From assembly GCA_025449905.1 (NCBI GenBank), contig JANWIN010000008.1, positions 4,642 to 68,641 of the forward strand: DNA of 64,000 bases. Reading direction: 5' to 3'. The position numbers and the translations under genes are program-made. Below the pieces are notes generated by a model. That model worked only from the letters and a program-made list of their open reading frames with translations. It did not search any database and was not told the DNA's origin. Source of the DNA: Candidatus Saccharimonadales bacterium. Lineage in GTDB: Bacteria; Patescibacteriota; Saccharimonadia; Saccharimonadales; JANWIN01. Shown here one piece after another: positions 9,443-18,519 of the stretch (positions are counted from its first letter, which is position 1; each line of letters starts with the position of its first letter).

Positions 9443-10068
9443 TGGGACAGAAGGTTAATCCAATTAGCATGCGGCTCCAAGTCAACAAAGACTGGCGCAG
9501 TAAGTGGTTTGCTAACAAGCGCGAATATGCTAAATATTTAGCTCAAGATTTGGCTACTAGAAAACTGATTCAAGACCGCGTCGGCAGCCGTGGAGCTATT
9601 AATAAAGTTGATATTGAACGCTCGCCTAACCTAGTAACTGTGACGATTAATACCGGTAAGGCCGGTGTAGTAATTGGCCGCGGTGGCACCGGTGCCCAAG
9701 AGCTTAAGGATGATATTGAGAAAATCTATGGCGTTGCCGCCCGCGTTAACATTGAGGAAATTAAAAAGCCCGAACTGCACGCTAAATTAGTTGCTGAAAA
9801 TATTGCCCACCAATTATCACGCCGCATGAGCTTCCGCCGAGCGATTAAATCCGCTTCGGCCGCTACTATGCGTGCCGGTGCCAAAGGTATCCGAATTGAA
9901 GTTGCCGGACGTTTAAACGGTGCGGAAATGAGCCGACGCGAAAAAGAAGTCGCCGGTAGTGTACCACTGCATACCATTAGAGCCGATATTGATTTTGCCC
10001 AGATTCATGCACAGACCGTAGCTGGCATTATTGGCGTTAAAGTCTGGATTTATAAGGGAGAAAACTAA
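9442..10068 (+). CDS. rpsC: 30S ribosomal protein S3 (uS3)
   Basis: [12 protein letters not shown]..., KH domain; TAATG overlap with rplV. Confidence 0.96.
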   Translation: MGQKVNPISMRLQVNKDWRSKWFANKREYAKYLAQDLATRKLIQDRVGSRGAINKVDIERSPNLVTVTINTGKAGVVIGRGGTGAQELKDDIEKIYGVAARVNIEEIKKPELHAKLVAENIAHQLSRRMSFRRAIKSASAATMRAGAKGIRIEVAGRLNGAEMSRREKEVAGSVPLHTIRADIDFAQIHAQTVAGIIGVKVWIYKGEN

Positions 10069-10481
10069 TGTTAATGCCGAGTCGGAGTAAGCACAGAAAA
10101 GTTCGAAAAGGCATTATTAAGGGTGTGGCTACTCGCGGCCAAACTATTGCTTTTGGCCAGTACGCACTACAGGCTCAGCAAAACGGCCGGATTAGCGCCC
10201 GAGAGATTGAAGCCGCTCGTCAGGCCATGACCCGATACGTCAAACGCGGTGGCAAAATTTGGATTCGTATTTTTCCGCACACGCCTATCACCCGTAAGCC
10301 CCAAGATGTCAAAATGGGTAGCGGCAAAGGCAACCCCGAATTTTTTGCAGCCAAAGTCTCACCCGGCACAATCTTGTTTGAAATGCAGGGCGTAACAGAA
10401 GAGATGGCCCGTGAGGCTATGCGCCTAGCTGGCCATAAGATGTCTGTTAAGACGGTGTTTTTAGTCAAGGAAGAGGTGTGA
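10068..10481 (+). CDS. rplP: 50S ribosomal protein L16 (uL16)
   Basis: [15 protein letters not shown]... is a typical L16 sequence. Confidence 0.96.
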   Translation: MLMPSRSKHRKVRKGIIKGVATRGQTIAFGQYALQAQQNGRISAREIEAARQAMTRYVKRGGKIWIRIFPHTPITRKPQDVKMGSGKGNPEFFAAKVSPGTILFEMQGVTEEMAREAMRLAGHKMSVKTVFLVKEEV

Positions 10482-10684
10482 TTATGAAGATTGTAGAAAT
10501 TCGTAAATTATCTACTGCCCAATTGACTACTGAGAGTACTAATTTACGTGAGGAAATTGCCGAAATGCGTCGCCGCTTACACCTGGGCGAACTGCAAAAT
10601 AACCGCGCCATTCGGGCTAAGCGCAAAGATTTAGCCCGAATGCTTACCGTTTTGAGTGAACAACTGACCAAGGAGACGGCGTAA
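10478..10684 (+). CDS. rpmC: 50S ribosomal protein L29 (uL29)
   Basis: 68-aa helical protein at the canonical position; [12 protein letters not shown] pattern. Confidence 0.9.
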   Translation: MIMKIVEIRKLSTAQLTTESTNLREEIAEMRRRLHLGELQNNRAIRAKRKDLARMLTVLSEQLTKETA

Positions 10685-11088
10685 TGGCAAAAGTACTTGT
10701 AGGTGTCGTAGCGGCCGATAAAGCTGATAAGACTATTACTGTCAGCGTCAGAACTCGTCGAACACACCCGATTTACCGCAAACAGTACACTGTTTCTAAT
10801 AAGATTTTGGCTCATGACGAAAAGAACGAAGCTAAGCTTGGCGATAAAGTGTCACTTAAAGAAACTCGGCCAATTAGCAAGCGAAAGAGCTTTACTCTGG
10901 AAAAGATTATTGATCGCCCGGCAATTCGCGAGGATCAAAGTGTTAGTGAAGTTACTAAAGCCGATGATGAAGTGGTGGAAAAGCCCAAGGTAGAGAAAGT
11001 TGTAAAAGCCGCGGAGTCAAAAGCCGAAAAAGAGGCCAAGAGGCCTGCTAAAAAAGAGCCAGCCAAAAAGAGCGAGGAAGAAGAATGA
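10684..11088 (+). CDS. rpsQ: 30S ribosomal protein S17 (uS17) with K/E-rich C-terminal tail
   Basis: uS17 core ([16 protein letters not shown]...HPIYRK) plus ~50 aa of K/E/A-rich tail. Confidence 0.92.
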   Translation: MAKVLVGVVAADKADKTITVSVRTRRTHPIYRKQYTVSNKILAHDEKNEAKLGDKVSLKETRPISKRKSFTLEKIIDRPAIREDQSVSEVTKADDEVVEKPKVEKVVKAAESKAEKEAKRPAKKEPAKKSEEEE

Positions 11089-11453
11089 TACAACAAGAAT
11101 CACGACTAACCGTCTGCGATAACAGCGGTGCCAAAGAAATTTTGTGCATACGCGTGCTTGGCGGCACAAGGCGCCGTTATGCTGGCATTGGTGATGAAAT
11201 AGTAGCCAGTGTTAAAGATGCTAGCCCTTCTGGCATGGTCAAAAAGAAAGCTGTGGTTAAGGCTGTGGTAGTACGAACTAAGAATTCTATTAAGCGTCCG
11301 GATGGTTCAACCCTGAAGTTTGACGATAACGCGGCTGTGATTTTGGATGAAAATAAACTCCCTAAAGCCACCCGCATCTTTGGTCCAGTGCCAAGAGAAT
11401 TGCGTGAACGTGGTTATAAAAAGATTATTTCCCTAGCACCGGAGGTTCTGTAG
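11085..11453 (+). CDS. rplN: 50S ribosomal protein L14 (uL14)
   Basis: [18 protein letters not shown]... is canonical. Confidence 0.97.
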   Translation: MIQQESRLTVCDNSGAKEILCIRVLGGTRRRYAGIGDEIVASVKDASPSGMVKKKAVVKAVVVRTKNSIKRPDGSTLKFDDNAAVILDENKLPKATRIFGPVPRELRERGYKKIISLAPEVL

Positions 11454-11782
11454 TGAGTACTCAAGTTTATAAAATACGCCTGAAAAAAGGTGACGAAGTG
11501 ATTGTGCGTCTGGGTAAAGACAAAGGCAAAACTGGTAAAGTCACGGCAACCCACCCACGTCTTAATAAAGTGACTGTGGAAGGTGTCAACATTGCTAAGA
11601 AGCACGTTAAGCCCAATAAAGCCTACCCACAAGGTGATATTGTTGAGATTACGCGCCCAATTTGGGTATCTAAAGTGTCTATTGTTGACCTTAGCAGTAA
11701 AAAAGCTACCAAGATTGGCTACAAACAAGTTAATGATAAAAAAGTTAGAGTTTATAAATCTTCAGGTAAGGAGATAAAGTAA
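11453..11782 (+). CDS. rplX: 50S ribosomal protein L24 (uL24)
   Basis: KOW motif (KKGDEVIVRLGKDKGKTGKV). Confidence 0.94.
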   Translation: MSTQVYKIRLKKGDEVIVRLGKDKGKTGKVTATHPRLNKVTVEGVNIAKKHVKPNKAYPQGDIVEITRPIWVSKVSIVDLSSKKATKIGYKQVNDKKVRVYKSSGKEIK

Positions 11783-12369
11783 TGGCTACCTTACAGAATC
11801 GATCAGCTCAATCACGCCTGAAGAGAAGCTTTAACGAAAGCTATAGAGCAGAGCTTTTGAAGGATTTAAGCCTGAAAAATATTAATGAAGTTCCGAGCCT
11901 AGAAAAAATTGTGGTTAACGTTGGCCTGGGACGGGGCAAGGATGACAAGAAACTTTTCGAGGCTGCTTCCACCACACTTAGTAAGATAACAGGCCAAAAA
12001 CCAATTGATACCATTGCTAAGAAATCAATTGCGGCTTTCAAATTACGTGAGGGCAATAAAGTTGGGCTTAAAGTCACGCTGCGCGGTGAGCGAATGTACG
12101 AGTTTCTAGACCGAGTTATAAATGTGGTTTTACCTCGCCTGCGTGACTTTCACGGTGTATCTATCAAAGCTTTTGATAAGCAGGGTAACTACAGTCTGGG
12201 CTTTACCGATCAATCGGTCTTTCCGGAACTTACTTTTGAAGAAACCACCACACCACATGGCTTACAAGTAATCTTAGTGATTAATGCTAAAGATCCACAG
12301 CACAGCCGGGCATTACTAACTAAACTTGGTCTACCTTTCGAGAAAACTCATAAAAAGGAGGAGTCTTAA
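11782..12369 (+). CDS. rplE: 50S ribosomal protein L5 (uL5)
   Basis: uL5-like sequence; operon order. Confidence 0.95.
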   Translation: MATLQNRSAQSRLKRSFNESYRAELLKDLSLKNINEVPSLEKIVVNVGLGRGKDDKKLFEAASTTLSKITGQKPIDTIAKKSIAAFKLREGNKVGLKVTLRGERMYEFLDRVINVVLPRLRDFHGVSIKAFDKQGNYSLGFTDQSVFPELTFEETTTPHGLQVILVINAKDPQHSRALLTKLGLPFEKTHKKEES

Positions 12370-12639
12370 ATGGCTAAAAAATCAAACTTAGCACGCGACC
12401 TAAAGCGTCAGAAGATGATTGTAAAATATGCTGCTAAGCGAGCTGAGCTTAAAGCTATGGGTGATCAAGAAGGTCTGCGTAAATTACCGCGCAATTCTTC
12501 ACCAACCCGCTGGAAGAATCGCTGCCAGGAAACTGGGCGACCTCACGCCTATATGCGCACTTTTGGACTTTCCAGAATTTCATTTCGCGAACACGCCAGT
12601 AAAGGAGAAATACCAGGCATAACTAAATCAAGCTGGTAG
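12370..12639 (+). CDS. rpsN: 30S ribosomal protein S14 (uS14), Cys-free long form
   Basis: 89 aa ending ...IPGITKSSW; no CxxC pairs. Confidence 0.92.
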   Translation: MAKKSNLARDLKRQKMIVKYAAKRAELKAMGDQEGLRKLPRNSSPTRWKNRCQETGRPHAYMRTFGLSRISFREHASKGEIPGITKSSW

Positions 12640-12649
12640 AAAGGAAACT

Positions 12650-13051
12650 ATGACTACAACATCAACTGACCCCATCGCCGACATGCTATCGCGAATTCGT
12701 AATGCCATTGCAGTTAATCAGACCGAGATTAGCTTCCCGCACTCTAAAATCAAGGAGTCGGTAGCAAAGTTGCTACGCGACAATAATTTTGTTAGCAAGG
12801 TTGATGTAACTGACGAAGGAATAGGCAAGGCTCTGAAGCTAGTTATTAATGAGCAATCAACCAATGCTAACATCACTGAAATTAAGCGTTTGAGTAAGCC
12901 GGGTAGCCGCTTCTATGTTGGTGCCAGCGGCATACCAACAGTCAAACAGGGCCGCGGTATAGTCATTATTTCAACATCACAAGGTCTAATGACCGGCGGC
13001 GAGGCTAAACTTAAGGGTGTCGGCGGCGAGTTAATTTGCGAGGTTTATTAA
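12650..13051 (+). CDS. rpsH: 30S ribosomal protein S8 (uS8)
   Basis: DPIADMLSRIRNA is the canonical N-terminus. Confidence 0.96.
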   Translation: MTTTSTDPIADMLSRIRNAIAVNQTEISFPHSKIKESVAKLLRDNNFVSKVDVTDEGIGKALKLVINEQSTNANITEIKRLSKPGSRFYVGASGIPTVKQGRGIVIISTSQGLMTGGEAKLKGVGGELICEVY

Positions 13052-13052
13052 G

Positions 13053-13595
13053 ATGAGTCGAGTTGGCAAACAACCAATCAAAGTTCCCAGCGGCGTAAAT
13101 GCCGCAATTGATGGCTCTAATGTAACTGTTAGCGGCCCTCAAGGTAATTTGTCACTCAAAACCTTGCCAGGTATGGTTATCAAGCAAGACGGTGATGAGA
13201 TAATTGTAAGCCGTAGCAATGAAGAAACAATGTCCAGAGCCCGTCATGGCCTAACCCGAACGCTTATAGACAATATGGTAGTTGGCGTCAGCCAGGGTTT
13301 TAATAAAAAGTTAGAAGTTAACGGTGTTGGCTTTCGTGTAAATCTAGCTGGACAGGATCTTAAGCTTAGCTTGGGCTATTCCCATGAAATAACTTATAAG
13401 ATACCAGAGACTGTAAAATTAGCTGTTGACCAGAACATCATCACGATTAGCGGCATTGATAAACAGCAGGTTGGCCAAGTGGCAGCTGAAATTCGAGCAC
13501 TTAAAAAACCCGAGCCATATAAGGGCAAAGGTATTAAATATGTTAATGAGCGAATTATTAGAAAAGCCGGCAAAAGCGCTAAGGATAAAGCATAA
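13053..13595 (+). CDS. rplF: 50S ribosomal protein L6 (uL6)
   Basis: MSRVGKQPIKVPSGV... is canonical. Confidence 0.96.
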   Translation: MSRVGKQPIKVPSGVNAAIDGSNVTVSGPQGNLSLKTLPGMVIKQDGDEIIVSRSNEETMSRARHGLTRTLIDNMVVGVSQGFNKKLEVNGVGFRVNLAGQDLKLSLGYSHEITYKIPETVKLAVDQNIITISGIDKQQVGQVAAEIRALKKPEPYKGKGIKYVNERIIRKAGKSAKDKA

Positions 13596-13708
13596 TGAGA
13601 ATTGAAGCTATAAGGGAAAAGAGAGCCCGAGAAAATGTATTTCATTGTTCCCGGCGTGATGAGAAAAACCGTAGGTTTGTCTCATGGAACTCTAAGGATA
13701 AGGCGTAA
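13595..13708 (+). CDS. candidate 37-aa basic micro-protein filling the rplF-rplR gap
   Basis: Hand-translated as MRIEAIREKRARENVFHCSRRDEKNRRFVSWNSKDKA. TAATG overlaps at both ends (rplF stop/ATG 13593-97; stop/rplR ATG 13706-10). Below the ORF-track size cutoff. Confidence 0.3.
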   Translation: MRIEAIREKRARENVFHCSRRDEKNRRFVSWNSKDKA

Positions 13709-14064
13709 TGAATAGACTAGCCGCCACGACCGGTCGAAGACAGGCCCGTAGCCGCCGTACTAGAGCTGTAGTTCGAGGTACTTCCGAACGGCCCCGACTC
13801 AATGTATTTATTAGCCAGCGGCATATCACTGCCCAGATAATTGATGACAGCAAGCATCAAACATTGGCTTATGTCACAACCGTTAGCCAAAAGTCCTTAC
13901 CGACTAACCTTACTGAGCGAGCCAACTGGGCTGGAGATGAAATAGCCAAGCTGGCAAAAACCGCTAAGGTAAAAAAAGTGGTTTTAGATCGCAGCAACCG
14001 CCTGTATCATGGGCGAGTAAAGGCTTTGGCAGAGGCAGCCCGCAAGTCAGGATTGGAGTTTTAA
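13708..14064 (+). CDS. rplR: 50S ribosomal protein L18 (uL18)
   Basis: Arg-rich N-terminus, RPRLNVFISQRHITAQIIDD. Confidence 0.95.
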   Translation: MNRLAATTGRRQARSRRTRAVVRGTSERPRLNVFISQRHITAQIIDDSKHQTLAYVTTVSQKSLPTNLTERANWAGDEIAKLAKTAKVKKVVLDRSNRLYHGRVKALAEAARKSGLEF

Positions 14065-14624
14065 TGGCCAACAATTTTAAAAACCGAGTTGATCGAGCCG
14101 TCAATATAACTGAAGAAAAGCAATTTGATGAGCGCGTTCTTAATATTGACCGTGTAGCTCGCGTGGTTAAAGGCGGCCGCCGTTTCCGTTTTCGTGCTCT
14201 AGTAGTAATGGGCGATAATAAAAGCAGAGTCGGCATTGGTTCGGCCAAAGGCGCAGATGTCACAGGTGCCATTAATAAGGCTACCGAAGTAGCTAAAAAG
14301 AATATGGTCACACTGCAGCTTTATAGAGAAACCCTGCCTCACGAGACCGAGGCGAAGGTTGCCGGCGCTCATATTTTGATAAAGCCAGCTAGCCCAGGTA
14401 CCGGTTTAATTGCCGGTGGCGCGGTCCGTACTATCTTAGAAGTAGCCGGTGTGCGCAATGCATTATCTAAATCGTTAGGCTCTAGCAATAAAACCAATAT
14501 TGCCTACGCTACGGTTAAGGCCCTAACACAACTGGTACCAGCTAATAAGTGGGTAATTCAGCCAAAGTCGAAGAAGACTTCTACGCCTGTCAAAAAAACT
14601 GCAAAAGAGGCGGTTGCCAAATGA
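14064..14624 (+). CDS. rpsE: 30S ribosomal protein S5 (uS5)
   Basis: VARVVKGGRRFRFRALVVMGD motif. Confidence 0.96.
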   Translation: MANNFKNRVDRAVNITEEKQFDERVLNIDRVARVVKGGRRFRFRALVVMGDNKSRVGIGSAKGADVTGAINKATEVAKKNMVTLQLYRETLPHETEAKVAGAHILIKPASPGTGLIAGGAVRTILEVAGVRNALSKSLGSSNKTNIAYATVKALTQLVPANKWVIQPKSKKTSTPVKKTAKEAVAK

Positions 14625-15097
14625 AATACAATACTTTGAAGGTAACTAAAAAAGGTTCGCTCAAAAGAGTTGGGCGCGGTATTGCTGCCGGACAGGGTAA
14701 AACAGCCGGTCGTGGCACCAAAGGCCAAAAATCTCGAGCTGGTGCTACTCGCAAGCTTGGTTTTGAAGGCGGCCAAAATCCGCTAATTCAGCGCTTACCG
14801 AAGCTTAGAGGCTTCAACAGACCCGATAGAAATCAAAGTAATGTTTATACCGACCAACTAGAAAAGATTAAATCTGCAATTGTTGATAATGCCGCTCTTG
14901 TTGAAGCCGGACTGATAGATAACGCCCACACGACAGTAAAACTCATTCAGCGGGGAGAACTTAAAAAGAAGCAAACCGTTAACCTCCAAGCCGCCAGCAA
15001 GGGCGCAATTGCTCAAATTGAAAAGGCCGGCGGTAAATTTACTGCAACGCCGCGAGTTGGACGAACAGCTAAGAAAAGCGCCAAAAAGGACAAATAG
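14621..15097 (+). CDS. rplO: 50S ribosomal protein L15 (uL15)
   Basis: MKYNTLKV...GRGIAAGQGKTAGRGTKGQKSR. ATG 14621 overlaps the rpsE stop (ATGA); the ORF-track start 14549 is rejected. Confidence 0.94.
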   Translation: MKYNTLKVTKKGSLKRVGRGIAAGQGKTAGRGTKGQKSRAGATRKLGFEGGQNPLIQRLPKLRGFNRPDRNQSNVYTDQLEKIKSAIVDNAALVEAGLIDNAHTTVKLIQRGELKKKQTVNLQAASKGAIAQIEKAGGKFTATPRVGRTAKKSAKKDK

Positions 15098-15099
15098 CG

Positions 15100-16551
15100 A
15101 TGACCTGGAGGGTAATCTGGCAATCACTAAAAACTAAGGACATGCAAAAGCGTATTTTTGCGGTTTTGGGCATGATTTTAGCTTTTAGAATCCTAGCACA
15201 CATACCTGTTCCACTAACCGATAATCCGCAAACTTTGCAGCAAGTCCTAAGCAACATATTTCATTCGCAAAATACCCCGGGACTCTTGAGTTTTATTAAC
15301 GTCCTGTCCGGCGGCGCACTGGCTAAATTTTCTATTGTTCTAGCGGGGCTGGGCCCATATATTAACGCCTCGATTATTATGCAGCTTTTGACGCGTGCTA
15401 TACCTAAGCTTGAAGCCCTGAATAAAGAGGGCGAATACGGCCGCAAGAAGATTAATCAATATACCCGCCTGCTGACCTTTCCGCTAGCCATCATTCAATC
15501 AGTTGGCTCGCTTTACCTAATACGCCAAACAGCCGCCAGCATTGGCGGTCTTAGTGATATTACCGCCCATACCTCGCTATCCCAGTGGATACTAATGGTC
15601 GCTGCTATGACCGGCGGCTCGATGATTTTGATGTGGCTTGGAGAACTGATTACCGAAAAGGGCATAGGTAATGGTATATCGCTAATTATTACTATTGGCA
15701 TTGTAAGTAGTCTGCCTAGCACCATCGCTAACCTGGTTGACGGGCCGGTGGGTGGAAACACGATTTTATTCGCGGCGCTGGTAATTTTATCAATCACAAT
15801 TATAACTATGCTGGTGGTAAAGCTAAATGAAGCCTCCCGAAAGATAACGGTCAATTACGCGAAACGGGTGCAAGGCAACAGAAGTTATGGTGGCGTGACC
15901 ACCGTATTACCAATCAAACTTATAACGGCAGGAGTGATTCCCATAATCTTTGCCGTAGCCTTTTTAAGTGTACCTAGCTTTGCCGGTCAGCTAATGGTCG
16001 GCTCGTCCAGTGAGCGTTTGCAACATATTGGCGCTAAATTAGTTGATATCTTTCAAAATCCGACGCAAGGCTCACTACAGGCCGGTGGTTTTAAGCCATT
16101 TATCTACCCGCTGGTTTATTTCATTATGGTCTTTGTCTTTACCTTCTTCTATACCAGTATCGCATTTAATGCCAAAGAAATAGCCGAAAACCTGCAAAAA
16201 CAAGGTGGATTTATTGCTGATGTTAGGAGCGGCAAGCAGACCGAAAAGTACCTTAGTAAGATAGTTAACCGTTTGACCTTATTTGGGGCTTTCAGCTTGG
16301 GCATGCTGGCACTGTTGCCGTTAATTGCCCAAATGTTCTTAAAAGCCAATGTGACCATTGGTGGAACCAGTATTCTTATCTTGGTATCGGTAGCGCTGGA
16401 AACACTTCGCCAGATTGAATCCAGGGCTTTAATGGTAACTTATGACCGATACAGCCAACCCGATTTCTTTTATGAGGGTGACGCTGTGGCTGCTCAACAC
16501 CTAAGACTTGGCAAAAGATTCAACAAACTACGCAGCAAAAAGCAGAAATAA
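15100..16551 (+). CDS. secY: preprotein translocase subunit SecY
   Basis: 483 aa, about 10 TM segments, SecY-like sequence; follows rplO. Confidence 0.95.
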   Translation: MTWRVIWQSLKTKDMQKRIFAVLGMILAFRILAHIPVPLTDNPQTLQQVLSNIFHSQNTPGLLSFINVLSGGALAKFSIVLAGLGPYINASIIMQLLTRAIPKLEALNKEGEYGRKKINQYTRLLTFPLAIIQSVGSLYLIRQTAASIGGLSDITAHTSLSQWILMVAAMTGGSMILMWLGELITEKGIGNGISLIITIGIVSSLPSTIANLVDGPVGGNTILFAALVILSITIITMLVVKLNEASRKITVNYAKRVQGNRSYGGVTTVLPIKLITAGVIPIIFAVAFLSVPSFAGQLMVGSSSERLQHIGAKLVDIFQNPTQGSLQAGGFKPFIYPLVYFIMVFVFTFFYTSIAFNAKEIAENLQKQGGFIADVRSGKQTEKYLSKIVNRLTLFGAFSLGMLALLPLIAQMFLKANVTIGGTSILILVSVALETLRQIESRALMVTYDRYSQPDFFYEGDAVAAQHLRLGKRFNKLRSKKQK

Positions 16552-16554
16552 CAC

Positions 16555-16583
16555 TTTACAACAGATAGAGCGTTTGTTATACT
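16555..16583 (+). promoter_or_regulatory. internal sigma70-like promoter ahead of infA
   Basis: TTTACA (16555-60), 17-nt spacer, TATACT (16578-83). Confidence 0.4.
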
Positions 16584-16602
16584 TACGTGTCGTTATCTAT
16601 TT

Positions 16603-16824
16603 ATGGCTAGTAGTAAGGAAGTAATCGAGCTAACAGGGACAATCACCGAGACTCTTCCGGGAACTCAGTTTCGTGTTGAGCTCGAAAATGGCCATCAAAT
16701 AATAGCTCATGTTGCCGGTAAGATGAGGAAACACTTCATCCGCATAGTACCGGGCGACAGCGTGACGGTTGAGTTGACCCCTTATGATCTTTCTAAGGGA
16801 AGAATCACCTATCGCAAAACCTGA
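16603..16824 (+). CDS. infA: translation initiation factor IF-1
   Basis: S1-like 73 aa, [25 protein letters not shown]... Confidence 0.96.
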   Translation: MASSKEVIELTGTITETLPGTQFRVELENGHQIIAHVAGKMRKHFIRIVPGDSVTVELTPYDLSKGRITYRKT

Positions 16825-16899
16825 ATAATCAGGAATATTAACTAAAGCAGTGTGCCCAGCCCTTCAAGAAGAGCTGGGTCCGTACAAAGGATTTCTTTA

Positions 16900-17016
16900 G
16901 TGAAAGTACGTGCTAGTGTCAAAAAAATTAGTCCCGATGACAAAATTGTCCGCCGTAAGGGCCGTCTTTATGTTGTTAACAAGCAAAAACCTAAGCACAA
17001 GCAAAGGCAAGGTTAA
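16900..17016 (+). CDS. rpmJ: 50S ribosomal protein L36 (bL36), Cys-free form
   Basis: Hand-translated from GTG 16900 as [38 protein letters not shown]. Not in the ORF track (38 aa). Confidence 0.9.
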   Translation: MKVRASVKKISPDDKIVRRKGRLYVVNKQKPKHKQRQG

Positions 17017-17019
17017 TTC

Positions 17020-17406
17020 ATGGCCCGAATTTCTGGCGTAACCATTCCGGCCGAAAAGCAAGTCCATGTGGCCTTAACCTATATTTATGGCATTGGCCCC
17101 AAAACCAGTCAGGATGTTTTAGCTAAAGCTAAGATTGCCCCTGAAGTAAGGGTTAAAAACCTGACAGATGACGAAATTTCGCGAATTCAGGATGTTATAA
17201 GCGCCGATATCGAGGTTGAAGGCGACTTGCAGCGCCGCGTAACCGGCAATATCAAGCGACTCAAAGATATTAATGCTTACCGTGGCCTTAGACACAAGGC
17301 TAACTTACCGGCTCGTGGCCAACGCACCAGAACTAATGCTCGCACCAAGCGTGGTAAGAAAATAACCGTTGGCGGAACAGCTAAGAAAGTAGCGGCTAAG
17401 ACCTAA
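17020..17406 (+). CDS. rpsM: 30S ribosomal protein S13 (uS13)
   Basis: MARISGVTIP...YIYGIG is canonical. Confidence 0.96.
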   Translation: MARISGVTIPAEKQVHVALTYIYGIGPKTSQDVLAKAKIAPEVRVKNLTDDEISRIQDVISADIEVEGDLQRRVTGNIKRLKDINAYRGLRHKANLPARGQRTRTNARTKRGKKITVGGTAKKVAAKT

Positions 17407-17414
17407 GGCTTATT

Positions 17415-17876
17415 ATGGCAGACGATAAATCTACCGCAGTTGAAGATGTAGAAAAGACCGATGCCCCAGCGGATGCTGAGGCTCCGGAAAAAGAAGCTGC
17501 GCCTCGCAAGAAAAAATCCAAGCGCAGTGTGCCGATTGGTCAAGTCCACATTTTAGCTACTTTTAATAATACAATTGTGACTTTTACCGACCAAAAAGGT
17601 GGAGTTTTAACTACCGCTAGCGCTGGTAGCTGCGGCTTTCGCGGTTCTAAAAAAGGCACAGCTTACGCTGCTCAGACAGCCGCTGAAAAGGCCGGCCAAC
17701 TGGCTAAGCAACAACACAGCTTTAGCAAAGCCGATGTTTATGTCAAAGGCATTGGCCTTGGCCGAGAGTCTGCTATTCGCACCTTATCAACTCTAGGGAT
17801 CAATGTAGACACTATTCGCGATGTAACCGGCATTCCGAACGGCGGCGTTAGACCGCGGAAGGCAAGGAGAGTCTAA
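17415..17876 (+). CDS. rpsK: 30S ribosomal protein S11 (uS11) with acidic N-terminal extension
   Basis: Core GQVHILATFNNTIVTFTD..., preceded by ~35 aa rich in A/E/D/K. Confidence 0.94.
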   Translation: MADDKSTAVEDVEKTDAPADAEAPEKEAAPRKKKSKRSVPIGQVHILATFNNTIVTFTDQKGGVLTTASAGSCGFRGSKKGTAYAAQTAAEKAGQLAKQQHSFSKADVYVKGIGLGRESAIRTLSTLGINVDTIRDVTGIPNGGVRPRKARRV

Positions 17877-18502
17877 TGGCCCGCGACACAGCATCAATTG
17901 TTAAACGTTCTAGGCGAGAGGGCTATGCCCTTCACCCCAAAGCCCACAAAGCCCTAATTAAGCGCACCGGCCCACCAGGCCAACAGGCTGGCGGTCGCCG
18001 CGGCGGACGGATTAAGTCCAGCCAGTATTCACTGCAATTACGTGAAAAGCAGAAGGTTAAGCGCCTTTACGGTCTGCTAGAACGTCAATTTAGCAAATTA
18101 ATGGTTGAAGCCAGCCGTAGCAAAGGCCGCAGTGGCGAAGTCTTGCTGCAAATGCTGGAACGACGCTTAGATAACGTGGTTTACCGCAGTGGATTTGCTG
18201 TCAGCCGCCAAGCCGCCCGACAATTAGTGACTCACGGTCACTTTACACTTAACGGCCGCCGTGTTGACATCCCATCCATCCGAGTTGACATAAAAGATGA
18301 GATTGCAGTTCGCGCTCGAAGCTTAAAAACTGAATATTTCAAGAAAATTGATGAAGTTAGCCCCGCCAGCCCTAATGATCTGGCCGATTGGTTAAAAGTG
18401 GAACGTAAGAAATTTAATGTCACGGTTATCGGACTGCCCTCACGCGAAGCGGCCGAACCAGATATTAATGAACAATTAATAGTAGAATACTACTCGCGTT
18501 AA
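17876..18502 (+). CDS. rpsD: 30S ribosomal protein S4 (uS4)
   Basis: S4 domain, LERRLDNVVYRSGFA. Confidence 0.95.
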   Translation: MARDTASIVKRSRREGYALHPKAHKALIKRTGPPGQQAGGRRGGRIKSSQYSLQLREKQKVKRLYGLLERQFSKLMVEASRSKGRSGEVLLQMLERRLDNVVYRSGFAVSRQAARQLVTHGHFTLNGRRVDIPSIRVDIKDEIAVRARSLKTEYFKKIDEVSPASPNDLADWLKVERKKFNVTVIGLPSREAAEPDINEQLIVEYYSR

Positions 18503-18519
18503 AGGAGGCAAGAGTAAAT

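Noticed and set aside
10465-10815. 116-aa minus-strand ORF spanning rplP/rpmC/rpsQ, plus similar antisense ORFs throughout 500-20000
   Set aside because: They lie opposite strongly supported ribosomal protein genes and are not independently supported.
16822-16824. UGA recoding (genetic code 25, as in some CPR lineages)
   Set aside because: TGA terminates conserved genes (infA, rplM, rpsE, ybaB-type lengths) at exactly the expected protein ends, so the standard code 11 applies.
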